A stretch of 60,989 nt of DNA, the filler included, from Stramenopiles sp. TOSAG23-2 (Eukaryota): the NCBI GenBank assembly GCA_900128395.1. It is 4 parts of 4 records of this genome, joined end to end, with 100 filler letters (N's around TTAATTAATTAA, not from the genome) between each part and the next. Parts side by side here need not be neighbours in the genome. Positions count along the whole stretch, not along the records: positions 30,580 to 45,740 come from LT649723.1; 3 more parts are not named here. The stretch is one strand, 5' to 3'. The position numbers and the translations under genes are program-made. The stretch's first letter is position 1, and each line of letters starts with the position of its first letter. Below the pieces are notes generated by a model. It saw nothing but the letters and a program-made list of their open reading frames with translations. It did not search any database and was not told where the DNA came from. Of this stretch, positions 32,013 through 41,294 are shown one piece after another.

Positions 32013-35000
32013 CACCTTCGTGCCTGTCTTTGCAGAGACAGAGAAATAATTTGTATCATCGTTTAAATTTGCTTTTACCCAACTTCGTACGTGTTCGGGT
32101 ACTGATGGGCTAGATTTGTTTTTGTCATCAATTTTCGTTTTCACAATTGTTAATTTTCCACTCCAAAATGTAAACAAGTTTAGCCATTCCTCATGATCCA
32201 TATTATCGTCATCAAATGTATATATGACACCATAAACAGTGTCTTTTATCTTTGAAAATTTCTTTGGATCATCTATTTCTTCCACTATTATTTTGTATTT
32301 ATCTTCATCGCTAATTTTGACAATTTTTGAATATTCTGATTTTGATCCCAAGACCATATTTGGATCAGAAACAAAGGTATTGTATAAATATCTAACAAAG
32401 AAATTAGTCTTTCCAGATCCTTTTTGTCCTAATATGATTATTTTTATCAGACTTTTACAGTCTTCAAGCTCTGCATCATGGTCTGGCTTAGTTAATTCTA
32501 CCGCACGTTCGACTCGATTTGATTGTATTTTTGATATTATCTTGAAGGCTTTTTTATACCACAAACTTAGTTTCCATTCTGTTAACCATGTTTGTGATTC
32601 TTTTTCAAAAGCTAAGGCGGACAGCGAGAAAAAAGTATCAATAATTTTTAACAGTAATTTCATTGGTTTATGTTCTTTCATTCCTGGTAGATACTCCTCA
32701 CCTTCCTTCGTTAAATCCTGCACAATGTCCCACCGATTCTCACACAATGCACATAAACAAGCACGTTGATAGCATCGAGCCACTGATAGCTTTGCTTCGT
32801 CTATACCATCGTCATTAACCAATTTTTGATGTAACGCTCTTAACCATAATTCAGCGGTCAATATAAATTGCTTTCTTGCACTACCATATGAATTTTTTCC
32901 ATCTATATTTAAAAAAGCGGTCAATGATGCTAACCTGTCTTTTACAAATCCCAACTGAGAAAATGTTTTATTCAATGGTAAGATATCTAACAATTCCACC
33001 GATCGTGTGAAGTGTTTAACTGCAAATTCATACCATACAGTAGGATTTTCCCCGCTCATTTCAGCTTCCACTTCGCAACTTTTTCCTTTTCTCATAGCAA
33101 CTTGAGCTACTTCCATAACACTTGCATGCTCGTTGAAATTAATATGATCTTTTCCTTCGTCATCTTTCCACCATCGGATAATATCTCGCGGTGACTCTCC
33201 ACGCAGCTTTTCATTTTCTGGCTGTACTTTTCCATTTTTATATTTTGAAGATGAATTTGCTTTCAGGCAGCATGACATATATGATAATAAACGTGTTGAA
33301 AATCTTCTTGCAAGGAATATAATTAGAATAAACAAGACTGCAAAAATTGTTTGTAAAACTGCAGTTTCTGGTGTTGTTGAGCCGCAAAAACTAGTTGGGG
33401 ATGCTAAACAACTTATATTTATTACAATGAACAACAATCCAACATAAAATGTACCTACGACGACATCCATGTGAAATTTCTTTTTCGACATCATACCAGT
33501 AACGTCATGTCCTCTTTCTTTTGCCCTTTGCAACATTGGTTGTAATTTTTCGTTTGCATTTCTTGCTTGAATGGTGTTCATATGGACTATTTCTCCTTTT
33601 GCTTTTCTAGAACTTGAAGATGTTGATATCTCGGACCACTCAGTTAATTTAGTTAAACGGAAATATAATAAGTCAAGCATTCCTTGAGAAAATAAATTAT
33701 CAGATTCTTTGTTTGAATTCAACACCCTTGCTTTTTTTAATAACTTTTCAAGATCATTTCTTTCCATTACATTGTAACAAATTGCAGACGGGTTTGCTGG
33801 ATTTAACATCTTTCGCAGGGACCAAAGTTTCAAAAGATTTCTGTTGTGCACCCAAATGTCGTGCCAAAATATATACCACATTTCTGCGGCCGGATCACCT
33901 TGCAAATGACCAATTCTGGCGTATATATAATCAAATGCTTCTACATTGTCTTCATATATTTTCAAAATTCCAGGAGATTCCACATTCCACTTCTTTAGCC
34001 AATTAATTATTTCACTTCTACTCATTCCTGGCACATTAAATATTTCCCACCAAAAGGATGTCGGCAGCGTTTTTTCATTTTTCACAGTCTGATCGTATAA
34101 GCTTTTTCGTTGTTCATATATTAAGGTTTTAACATCATATTCAAGCATTCCAATATCTTCATCTCCAACAATTTTTCCACTTGTGACAATACAATGATCT
34201 TCGTCTTCCATTGGACTAAAATCTTTATCAACTCCTAGATCATCTAATTTTATCGATGTTGGTCGATCATGGACAGTATATTCCCGTGACTTATATTCAC
34301 AGCGTCCAAATCCATCTGCATAGTTCATAGTGACGTCAAAACCTGGATTTCCATAGATATCCAATGATCCATCGCTTGCTTTAATTACAAGCCTTCCTTC
34401 TTCAAATTCTAGATCCATGTCTATATCTTTCATCATGCCTCCCTTCACCTTAACTGGTTCATACCTGCCTTCCTTATATGGGAAATGTACTTTAATCTTC
34501 GAATTTTTTGCCAGTGCCCTTAATGTCAAACGCGTTTCTTTGCGAATAGCAGCAATAGATGATTTATTTTGTTCGGCTATTTTTAAAATACTTTTACCAT
34601 CAAAAAGTGTAACTTTTTCGCCGGAATCATAATACAATACACAAGTAAATGGAAATGGCAACGTTTCTAATTTACAAAAGCAATTTTTAACTACATGGTC
34701 TTTATCAGATTCATCATCTGGATCATACCAGCAATCAACACCTTCACATGTAGACATTAAATATTGGCGTGCTTCTAAAATACCAGGATGCGCTATTTCT
34801 TGTTTAAAATGATCAACAATTCTACTAATGCCGTGAGTGGCTACTAAATCCTGCATTTCAGTCCATCGTTTGGAAATTTCGCTTCCGGAATATTCTCTAA
34901 GTATTATCTCCCAGAATGGGTGCCAAAGTCGATGTTTTATCTCCATGCCAACATCCCACGATTTTATAACGTCTACAAAGCCAATTTTATGTACTGTAGA

Positions 35001-36725
35001 GCTTGTATCCTCGAATTGAAACACATTTCGAAAGTTTTTAAAAAGCAAATTTATTTTGCCTATTAACAATAGATTTATGATTGCATAGCAAAATAATAAA
35101 GCTAATATTGTTAACAATAATGAATCTGCGTACACTTTAGAACCATCCGTAACGTAACCCTCAGATTGTACAGTGACTGTTGATAATAGCCATATTGTTA
35201 AGGCACTGTAAAGATTTACCCTATTTGTTTGAATCGATGTATACGGGCCTGGAAAAATCAAGTATATCATACTATAAAAGCTTTGTCCATAAAAATACAT
35301 TCTTATTGGATTATCTTTCGTGCTATACAATAAAAATATTGCAACAGCTTTAAATCCAAAATGATATACACGTGTGTACCGACGTTCTCTTTTAAATGGT
35401 GCATATAGAAATCTAAATGGACTTTTTACATGTTCCTCATTATGATGCAACAGATCATAAAATTTTACATCAGCGTGGCTTTCTAAATGTTGCCCTTTTC
35501 CAAAAATTTCATCACTGTCATGTATTACTGGCGTGTATTTGTTAATCATTAAGATCATAAACATCATATTTAACAGCAAAGGAAACCAACAAATTGGCAA
35601 TATTATATATTTCAAGACATCAAAATCTACACCTAGCGTTGAAACATCTCCCAATATCATAGCTGAACGACAAGACGGTAAATATAGAATGTAAAGAACT
35701 ACTAGTTGGAGCTTCCAACCAAGTTTGGAGAAACACCCGTGATCATGGACGTTATTGCCATTGGTGCTTGATACATTTTCTTTAGCCGCTACAATTTCAT
35801 TGTTGCGAACCCCATTTTCCATATTTGACATGTTTTGCTTATTGAGCTTTTTACTGTTCTGGCTATTTTTCTTGTTAATTTTTTTCTTCTTTTTGCATTT
35901 TTTGAATATACCTATATGTTTGGATGCCCAGATGTAGAAAAGGTAAAAAGAAAACCATTGATAGAGGATAAGAACGCCTCCAACAAGGCACCAAAGGATT
36001 TCAAAATCAAATATGCTTCCAAAATCTAACACAGTAAGAGAAAATATATAACCAAGTGATGTGGAGAACCTTGTAAACGAAGGGTAATGCGATGCATTGC
36101 TTGTTGCAATTCCACATATAGCTCCTAAAAGTTGGCAAAAGTCTATGATCGTAACTATATGTTCCGTAGATAAGTGCTCACAAATACTTTTAGTAGGAGC
36201 ATGGATTTTTTCATATTGTGAATCAGTTAATTTCATCCATTTTTTTATTACCTTTTTATCTATTGTCGACAAAGAACTTGCATCAGTGGCTTTAATTTCA
36301 TTAGTGGTTATGTTGGAATTGTTATTAGCATCTATCACTTTTGTATCTTCTTCCACTTCTGCTAACTCTGATGTTGCATTTTTTTTATCAGTGCTTTCGT
36401 CATTATTTTTCTCAGTATTTTTGGGGGTAGAATCTTCCTTGGCCACAGACGTTGTATTTTTACCTTTAATTTCTACCGTCTTGTCCTCCTCTTTCTCACT
36501 AGTTGAAGTGACTTCTGGAGTAACTTTGGCCTGAGCTTCAGATTTTGTAGGAATCTCCTTTAGTATTTCCATATAATTTGCTTGTACTAAGCCTTCTTTG
36601 CCGTCGATAGAACATTTATACCAAAAATCATTAACCTTCTCTACAAGCTTAACAATTGCATCCTTTTCAACATCTAGTTCAGCATCCTTCTGTGCTTGGA
36701 ACGTAAACTTTAGTCTGGCAGACAT
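31950..36725 (-). CDS. Multidomain membrane protein: SH3, multiple TM helices, SNAP-like helical region, C-terminal Ras/Rab-like GTPase
   Basis: ARLKFTFQAQKDAELDV..WY..GKEGLVQANY (SH3); many hydrophobic segments; IIILGQKGSGKT, TKID, SVSAKTG (G1/G4/G5). Confidence 0.8.
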   Translation of the reverse strand: MSARLKFTFQAQKDAELDVEKDAIVKLVEKVNDFWYKCSIDGKEGLVQANYMEILKEIPTKSEAQAKVTPEVTSTSEKEEDKTVEIKGKNTTSVAKEDSTPKNTEKNNDESTDKKNATSELAEVEEDTKVIDANNNSNITTNEIKATDASSLSTIDKKVIKKWMKLTDSQYEKIHAPTKSICEHLSTEHIVTIIDFCQLLGAICGIATSNASHYPSFTRFSTSLGYIFSLTVLDFGSIFDFEILWCLVGGVLILYQWFSFYLFYIWASKHIGIFKKCKKKKKINKKNSQNSKKLNKQNMSNMENGVRNNEIVAAKENVSSTNGNNVHDHGCFSKLGWKLQLVVLYILYLPSCRSAMILGDVSTLGVDFDVLKYIILPICWFPLLLNMMFMILMINKYTPVIHDSDEIFGKGQHLESHADVKFYDLLHHNEEHVKSPFRFLYAPFKRERRYTRVYHFGFKAVAIFLLYSTKDNPIRMYFYGQSFYSMIYLIFPGPYTSIQTNRVNLYSALTIWLLSTVTVQSEGYVTDGSKVYADSLLLTILALLFCYAIINLLLIGKINLLFKNFRNVFQFEDTSSTVHKIGFVDVIKSWDVGMEIKHRLWHPFWEIILREYSGSEISKRWTEMQDLVATHGISRIVDHFKQEIAHPGILEARQYLMSTCEGVDCWYDPDDESDKDHVVKNCFCKLETLPFPFTCVLYYDSGEKVTLFDGKSILKIAEQNKSSIAAIRKETRLTLRALAKNSKIKVHFPYKEGRYEPVKVKGGMMKDIDMDLEFEEGRLVIKASDGSLDIYGNPGFDVTMNYADGFGRCEYKSREYTVHDRPTSIKLDDLGVDKDFSPMEDEDHCIVTSGKIVGDEDIGMLEYDVKTLIYEQRKSLYDQTVKNEKTLPTSFWWEIFNVPGMSRSEIINWLKKWNVESPGILKIYEDNVEAFDYIYARIGHLQGDPAAEMWYIFWHDIWVHNRNLLKLWSLRKMLNPANPSAICYNVMERNDLEKLLKKARVLNSNKESDNLFSQGMLDLLYFRLTKLTEWSEISTSSSSRKAKGEIVHMNTIQARNANEKLQPMLQRAKERGHDVTGMMSKKKFHMDVVVGTFYVGLLFIVINISCLASPTSFCGSTTPETAVLQTIFAVLFILIIFLARRFSTRLLSYMSCCLKANSSSKYKNGKVQPENEKLRGESPRDIIRWWKDDEGKDHINFNEHASVMEVAQVAMRKGKSCEVEAEMSGENPTVWYEFAVKHFTRSVELLDILPLNKTFSQLGFVKDRLASLTAFLNIDGKNSYGSARKQFILTAELWLRALHQKLVNDDGIDEAKLSVARCYQRACLCALCENRWDIVQDLTKEGEEYLPGMKEHKPMKLLLKIIDTFFSLSALAFEKESQTWLTEWKLSLWYKKAFKIISKIQSNRVERAVELTKPDHDAELEDCKSLIKIIILGQKGSGKTNFFVRYLYNTFVSDPNMVLGSKSEYSKIVKISDEDKYKIIVEEIDDPKKFSKIKDTVYGVIYTFDDDNMDHEEWLNLFTFWSGKLTIVKTKIDDKNKSSPSVPEHVRSWVKANLNDDTNYFSVSAKTGTKVHDAFEDIVNRCGALLAHLHD

Positions 36726-37227
36726 TCTATCTGAAATTAAACGTCTTTTTACACTTTTATCACTTATTGCTGAAACTTGCGTACAAAATATATGACACTT
36801 TCAAAAGTCGTTCTTTGCAACCGTAGATCTTCTTCAATAATACAGCTACAGACCTGATATTATAGTATAAAATACAAGACTTATTATAATTATATATTAA
36901 TTAATATTTATTATTTTTTTTTATGCTATTATTATTGCTAGCTATTATATTACCTGGTATTGCTATAGACTATTAAATATTATACCTATCTAAATAGTAT
37001 AATATTATTACTAAAAATACTGTTGGTAAATATACACTAACACACTAACACAAAATACTAGTTGTTAGTACTGCAATATTTTTTACTTTTCAGCAACATT
37101 TTTCACTTTTTCAGGATTAAGGATTTAGATTATTAATATAATAGCATTATTATATTTATATCGATAATACAGTAGGTCGGTATTACCAGTTTTAGTTTAC
37201 CAGTTTACCAGGTTCCATAATAATACT

Positions 37228-37310
37228 GACTTTTCCTTTGGAAAAGTCCAGGACACAGGACACAGGACACAGGACACAGGACACAGGACACAGGACACAG
37301 GACACAGGAC
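37228..37310. repeat. 9-bp-stem hairpin followed by (CAGGACA)x~9 microsatellite
   Basis: gacttttcc-ttt-ggaaaagtc at 37228-37248, then caggaca units 37249-37310. Confidence 0.92.
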
Positions 37311-37554
37311 CTATACGTAGACTAGACGACTAGTCTACCACCTGTGCTGTGGTGGTAGGTTACTTGGTACACAAAAAAATGAAAAAATGTATTAAAATAT
37401 TATTTGTATAATATGTAGTCTCCTCGCTGGCTCGTATTGTATTATACGTCGTACGTGTATAATACATGGATATTCAACAATATATAACAGTAGTACGAAT
37501 GATAAATATTTTCAAAAATTGATTTTGTTCCGACTAAAAACGTTGTTCAAAAAA

Positions 37555-38742
37555 ATGGCTCAGGGTAAAGTACCGACCACGGCACATTTAGCCAAGTTAG
37601 AAGATTTGCTGCGTGTTGTTAAAGGTATAGAACAAGAAGCTTATGATATCACATCTGTTTTACCTTCAAAAAACAATGCCGTACTAAATGGTAAATTAGT
37701 AACGCTAAAACAAATGGAAGTAACGTCAGCTACAATCAATAATGACAAAAGCATAGACATCAACACACTTGCAGAAAAAAGTGTCTTACTATATGGAGTT
37801 GGTGGCTTAGTAATGAATGTTGCAGAATCGTTATGCTCCATAGGTATTAACAATTTGATTGTAGTTGGAAAGAGAAGTATCATTAAGCGTGATGACTTTA
37901 TAAGCATAGGATATAAAGACAGCTACGAGCAATGGACGAAAGTGCGAGCGACAATAAATCGTTTAATGGATTTAAATGCTAATGCTAATATAGAAGGGTG
38001 TGATTTGTCCGTTGAAAGTTCTGGAGGTATTTCTATGTTAAAGTATGCTTTGGTAAATCGGACTTTATTCAGTTCAGTAGATATTATATCAAATGACGAT
38101 TTGAGCAATAGATCGGAAAAAGAAGAAGTGCTTCGCTGTTATTACACCAGTAATCATAACAACAAATCAAATAGGAAAAAAAATGGAAAAAATCCAGACA
38201 ATACTACTAGATTAAAGAAAGAAACATTTTATAGAAAAATGGTAGTACAATTATCGACACCTCCCAAGGCAGTATCATACAAGAAACAAAACAATTTGAC
38301 GGATTTAAATTCAAAAAAATGTGTTGACATTTTAATTGCGGCTGTTACAAATAGAAAGGAGGCTCTAATATTGAACAATATATGCTTAGAATTAGGCATT
38401 ACTTTAATTGTCACTTCTACAGGCATGTTACATGGTGATGTTACTATTGTACGTCCAGTACAATCTCCCTGTTTAAATTGCAGTGATAATTATACTAAAT
38501 TTATTCCTATTAGGGGCACGAATAATAATTTAGCAGTGTCGATTCCGTCAATACAATATGTTATATCCGGTATAATTATCAATAATTGTATTCAAATATT
38601 GTTAAATTTAAAAGGAAAAAGTAAAACTCAATTTCTTGAACATTTTAATTACCAGTTTAGTACTTCTAACATAATTTCCACTTATCATGATGAAAAAGAC
38701 AAACATTGCCGAAATGATAGATGTAGGAACGGTAATACTTGA
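37555..38742 (+). CDS. Divergent ThiF/E1-like protein, UBA5-related
   Basis: SVLLYGVGGLV..AESL..IGI; TKV.A...L..LN; DILIAAVTN....LNNICLELG; G.V.IVRP.QSPCLNC; C-terminal CRNDRC; first ATG at 37555. Confidence 0.7.
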   Translation: MAQGKVPTTAHLAKLEDLLRVVKGIEQEAYDITSVLPSKNNAVLNGKLVTLKQMEVTSATINNDKSIDINTLAEKSVLLYGVGGLVMNVAESLCSIGINNLIVVGKRSIIKRDDFISIGYKDSYEQWTKVRATINRLMDLNANANIEGCDLSVESSGGISMLKYALVNRTLFSSVDIISNDDLSNRSEKEEVLRCYYTSNHNNKSNRKKNGKNPDNTTRLKKETFYRKMVVQLSTPPKAVSYKKQNNLTDLNSKKCVDILIAAVTNRKEALILNNICLELGITLIVTSTGMLHGDVTIVRPVQSPCLNCSDNYTKFIPIRGTNNNLAVSIPSIQYVISGIIINNCIQILLNLKGKSKTQFLEHFNYQFSTSNIISTYHDEKDKHCRNDRCRNGNT

Positions 38743-38808
38743 GAGTAAAAATATTGTAATTTATATCTCTATATATATATATGTACTACTACAAATATCG
38801 TGTAATAT

Positions 38809-38832
38809 ACGCTTCGTATTGATACGAAGCGT
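38809..38832. repeat. Perfect 11-bp inverted repeat downstream of the UBA5-like gene
   Basis: acgcttcgtat-tg-atacgaagcgt. Confidence 0.85.
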
Positions 38833-39157
38833 TAATTTACGAAGTAGGTCGTAAAATGTACAAGTATTATTTTAATACGCCGTATATAATTTTATGAGAA
38901 TATCAACACCCTATCATAGTTGGAGATAGACATTACTGCCTCAGCTACGAGGTTTTGTATTCTTTTGAAGAGTAAGAATTAATCAGCAGCAGTATGAGTA
39001 AATTAAAAAATAAAATCATGTTTAATAAAATATACATACTCTTCGTATAATAATTATTTATATTTTATATATACTCGCATATATATACATATATAGAGAG
39101 AGATTAATATCTGGCTGAAACAGAAATATCATATTTAGAACAAATAATAATCAATCT

Positions 39158-40513
39158 TTAATAATCGCTACCTGGCATACCTTGGTCACCACCACCATCT
39201 ACGATATCAAATGGATCATCATCTTCCGCATTCCCTTCTAGATTTGTATCTTCTTCTTTAGTATCTTCCTCTTTTGTAGAAGATGGTGTTATAACGTTTG
39301 GACTTAGTTCCATTACTTTTTTTTTCACGGGTGTCGTATTTGATGTAGATATTTCATTGCTCTTGATAACATTGCGATTGTTCGGGCTCTTCTCTTTAGA
39401 GTTTTGTTTGGTAGACTTGGTTTTTTTAACGTTTGTTCCTCCTGTAGATGACGATGATGTGAATGATAACATTTTTTCTAAAAATCCTGTTTCTGTAAGT
39501 TTACTTACAACGCGATGTTCTAGTTCAGCATCAGATAAATCAATATCTCGTTTATTCCACAAGTCCTGTGTAAACTTTACTATGGCTTTTTTATCATGAA
39601 TTGATAGCTTTTCTTTACGAATTTCACTTATCAAAGCATTGATACGAAAACTACAACGTACGTATTGCTGCTTGCTAAACTTTTTAAATTTATTGTTAAA
39701 TTTTTTCATAAGTAATTTTTGATTACTTTTGTTTGCACCTTTCTTTTTCGTTTTAGAGTGTACAGTGGTTTTTGAAGTTATTTCATCTGGTGCTATGCAC
39801 TCATCCCCACCTGCTTCATCAAATGTGATTCCATAATTGACACTCGCAGTAGAGTCTAGTCTTTCCCGTTGTACCGCTTGCATCGAAGATCCGATTTCTA
39901 TATCTGATTCTTCTGTATCTTCGTCTGACGTGTCTGAAATGATTGTAGTACCAATTTCGATATCGCTTTCATCATCCTCACTTGATTCTGTTAATATACC
40001 AACACCGATAACTTCATCTCCAGAAATATCCTCATCACTTGGCATTGCTTGATCCCCGCCTCCAAAATTTTGCATGTTGAAAATATCTTCTTGTTTCATT
40101 TGATTACGACTTTTCTGTATTTTTTGTCGTAACCCTTTTACTTTTCCTTTTCTCTTTTTCCTCTTCTTTTTCTTTTCTTTATTACTATTATTTCTTGCTT
40201 GATTGTGCATTGTTGGAAGTTGTTGATGACGTAGTTGTTGTTGTAACTGCGGCTGTTGGAAAAGAATTGGTTGTTGCTGTAATTGCTGCAGTTGATATGG
40301 TTGAGGTTGTAATTGCTGTTGCTGTGGATAATAATTGGCATTTTGCATCTGATTGTTGTATTGTCCACCACCTCCAAACATTGGTTGCTGCGGTGATTGT
40401 TGCATAAATGGTTGCTGTTGATTAAATCCGGCAATACCAGTTCCAATATTATTACCAATTGTACTTGGCCATCTTCGATTTCTTGGTGGGCTAGCGCTCA
40501 TTGGAGAAAACAT
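39158..40513 (-). CDS. Hypothetical low-complexity protein (Q-rich, basic NLS-like, acidic)
   Basis: 451-aa ORF; no recognisable domain. Confidence 0.65.
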   Translation of the reverse strand: MFSPMSASPPRNRRWPSTIGNNIGTGIAGFNQQQPFMQQSPQQPMFGGGGQYNNQMQNANYYPQQQQLQPQPYQLQQLQQQPILFQQPQLQQQLRHQQLPTMHNQARNNSNKEKKKKRKKRKGKVKGLRQKIQKSRNQMKQEDIFNMQNFGGGDQAMPSDEDISGDEVIGVGILTESSEDDESDIEIGTTIISDTSDEDTEESDIEIGSSMQAVQRERLDSTASVNYGITFDEAGGDECIAPDEITSKTTVHSKTKKKGANKSNQKLLMKKFNNKFKKFSKQQYVRCSFRINALISEIRKEKLSIHDKKAIVKFTQDLWNKRDIDLSDAELEHRVVSKLTETGFLEKMLSFTSSSSTGGTNVKKTKSTKQNSKEKSPNNRNVIKSNEISTSNTTPVKKKVMELSPNVITPSSTKEEDTKEEDTNLEGNAEDDDPFDIVDGGGDQGMPGSDY

Positions 40514-41294
40514 GTTGTTGTCGTTTATAGTTATTTTTATTCGTAATAAGAGAGCTATAAGTTAGTCTAGATTACTACTTTTTCTTAATCCTTGCAAATA
40601 TAATAGAATAGAAAATATATATAGCCTATGCAAATATAGAATATATATACACTCGTATATACGGTAGCAGCCATGGTTTATCGGATATATTTGATTGATT
40701 ATTCCGCTAGCCTGGCTAGTAACTATGCAACACTGAGTTCAATATAATATCAGGCCAGCCCAGCCCAGCCAGCCAGCAGGGTTCGCACAAAAAAGGCTGA
40801 GAGCCTAGCCAGCTGGGCCAGCTAGCAGGCCTTAAAATACGCTACCAGGCGGCTACCAGCTATTATACGCTCCGAAAGCTCTATTAGTCCTTAATAATTC
40901 GGTGGCAAATATCAAAATCTGTAGAGAGTGTAGAGTTAGCTAGAAGAGGACAGTACAGTAGATCTAGCTGGCCAGGCTGGCCCAGCTGGCGGGTACTAGG
41001 ACGACAACCAGACAACCTCCCTCCCCTCTCCTCCTGCGTGCAAACTGGCAAACCAGCAAACGCACAAACCGTTAGAAAATAATAAAACAAATCAAACTAA
41101 AAAAATGAAAACGTACAATAAAAAATATCAATGATATGTAAAAATAATATATATGGCATAAATAAAAAGCTTGACATTGTATATTTTAATTGCATATATA
41201 TCAAATTGTATATATAGCACAAAGGTCCATTCTGCTAAATATTGGTTTTCATTAAACGAATAAACGAACATAGTTGGAAGATTTTAGTAATATC

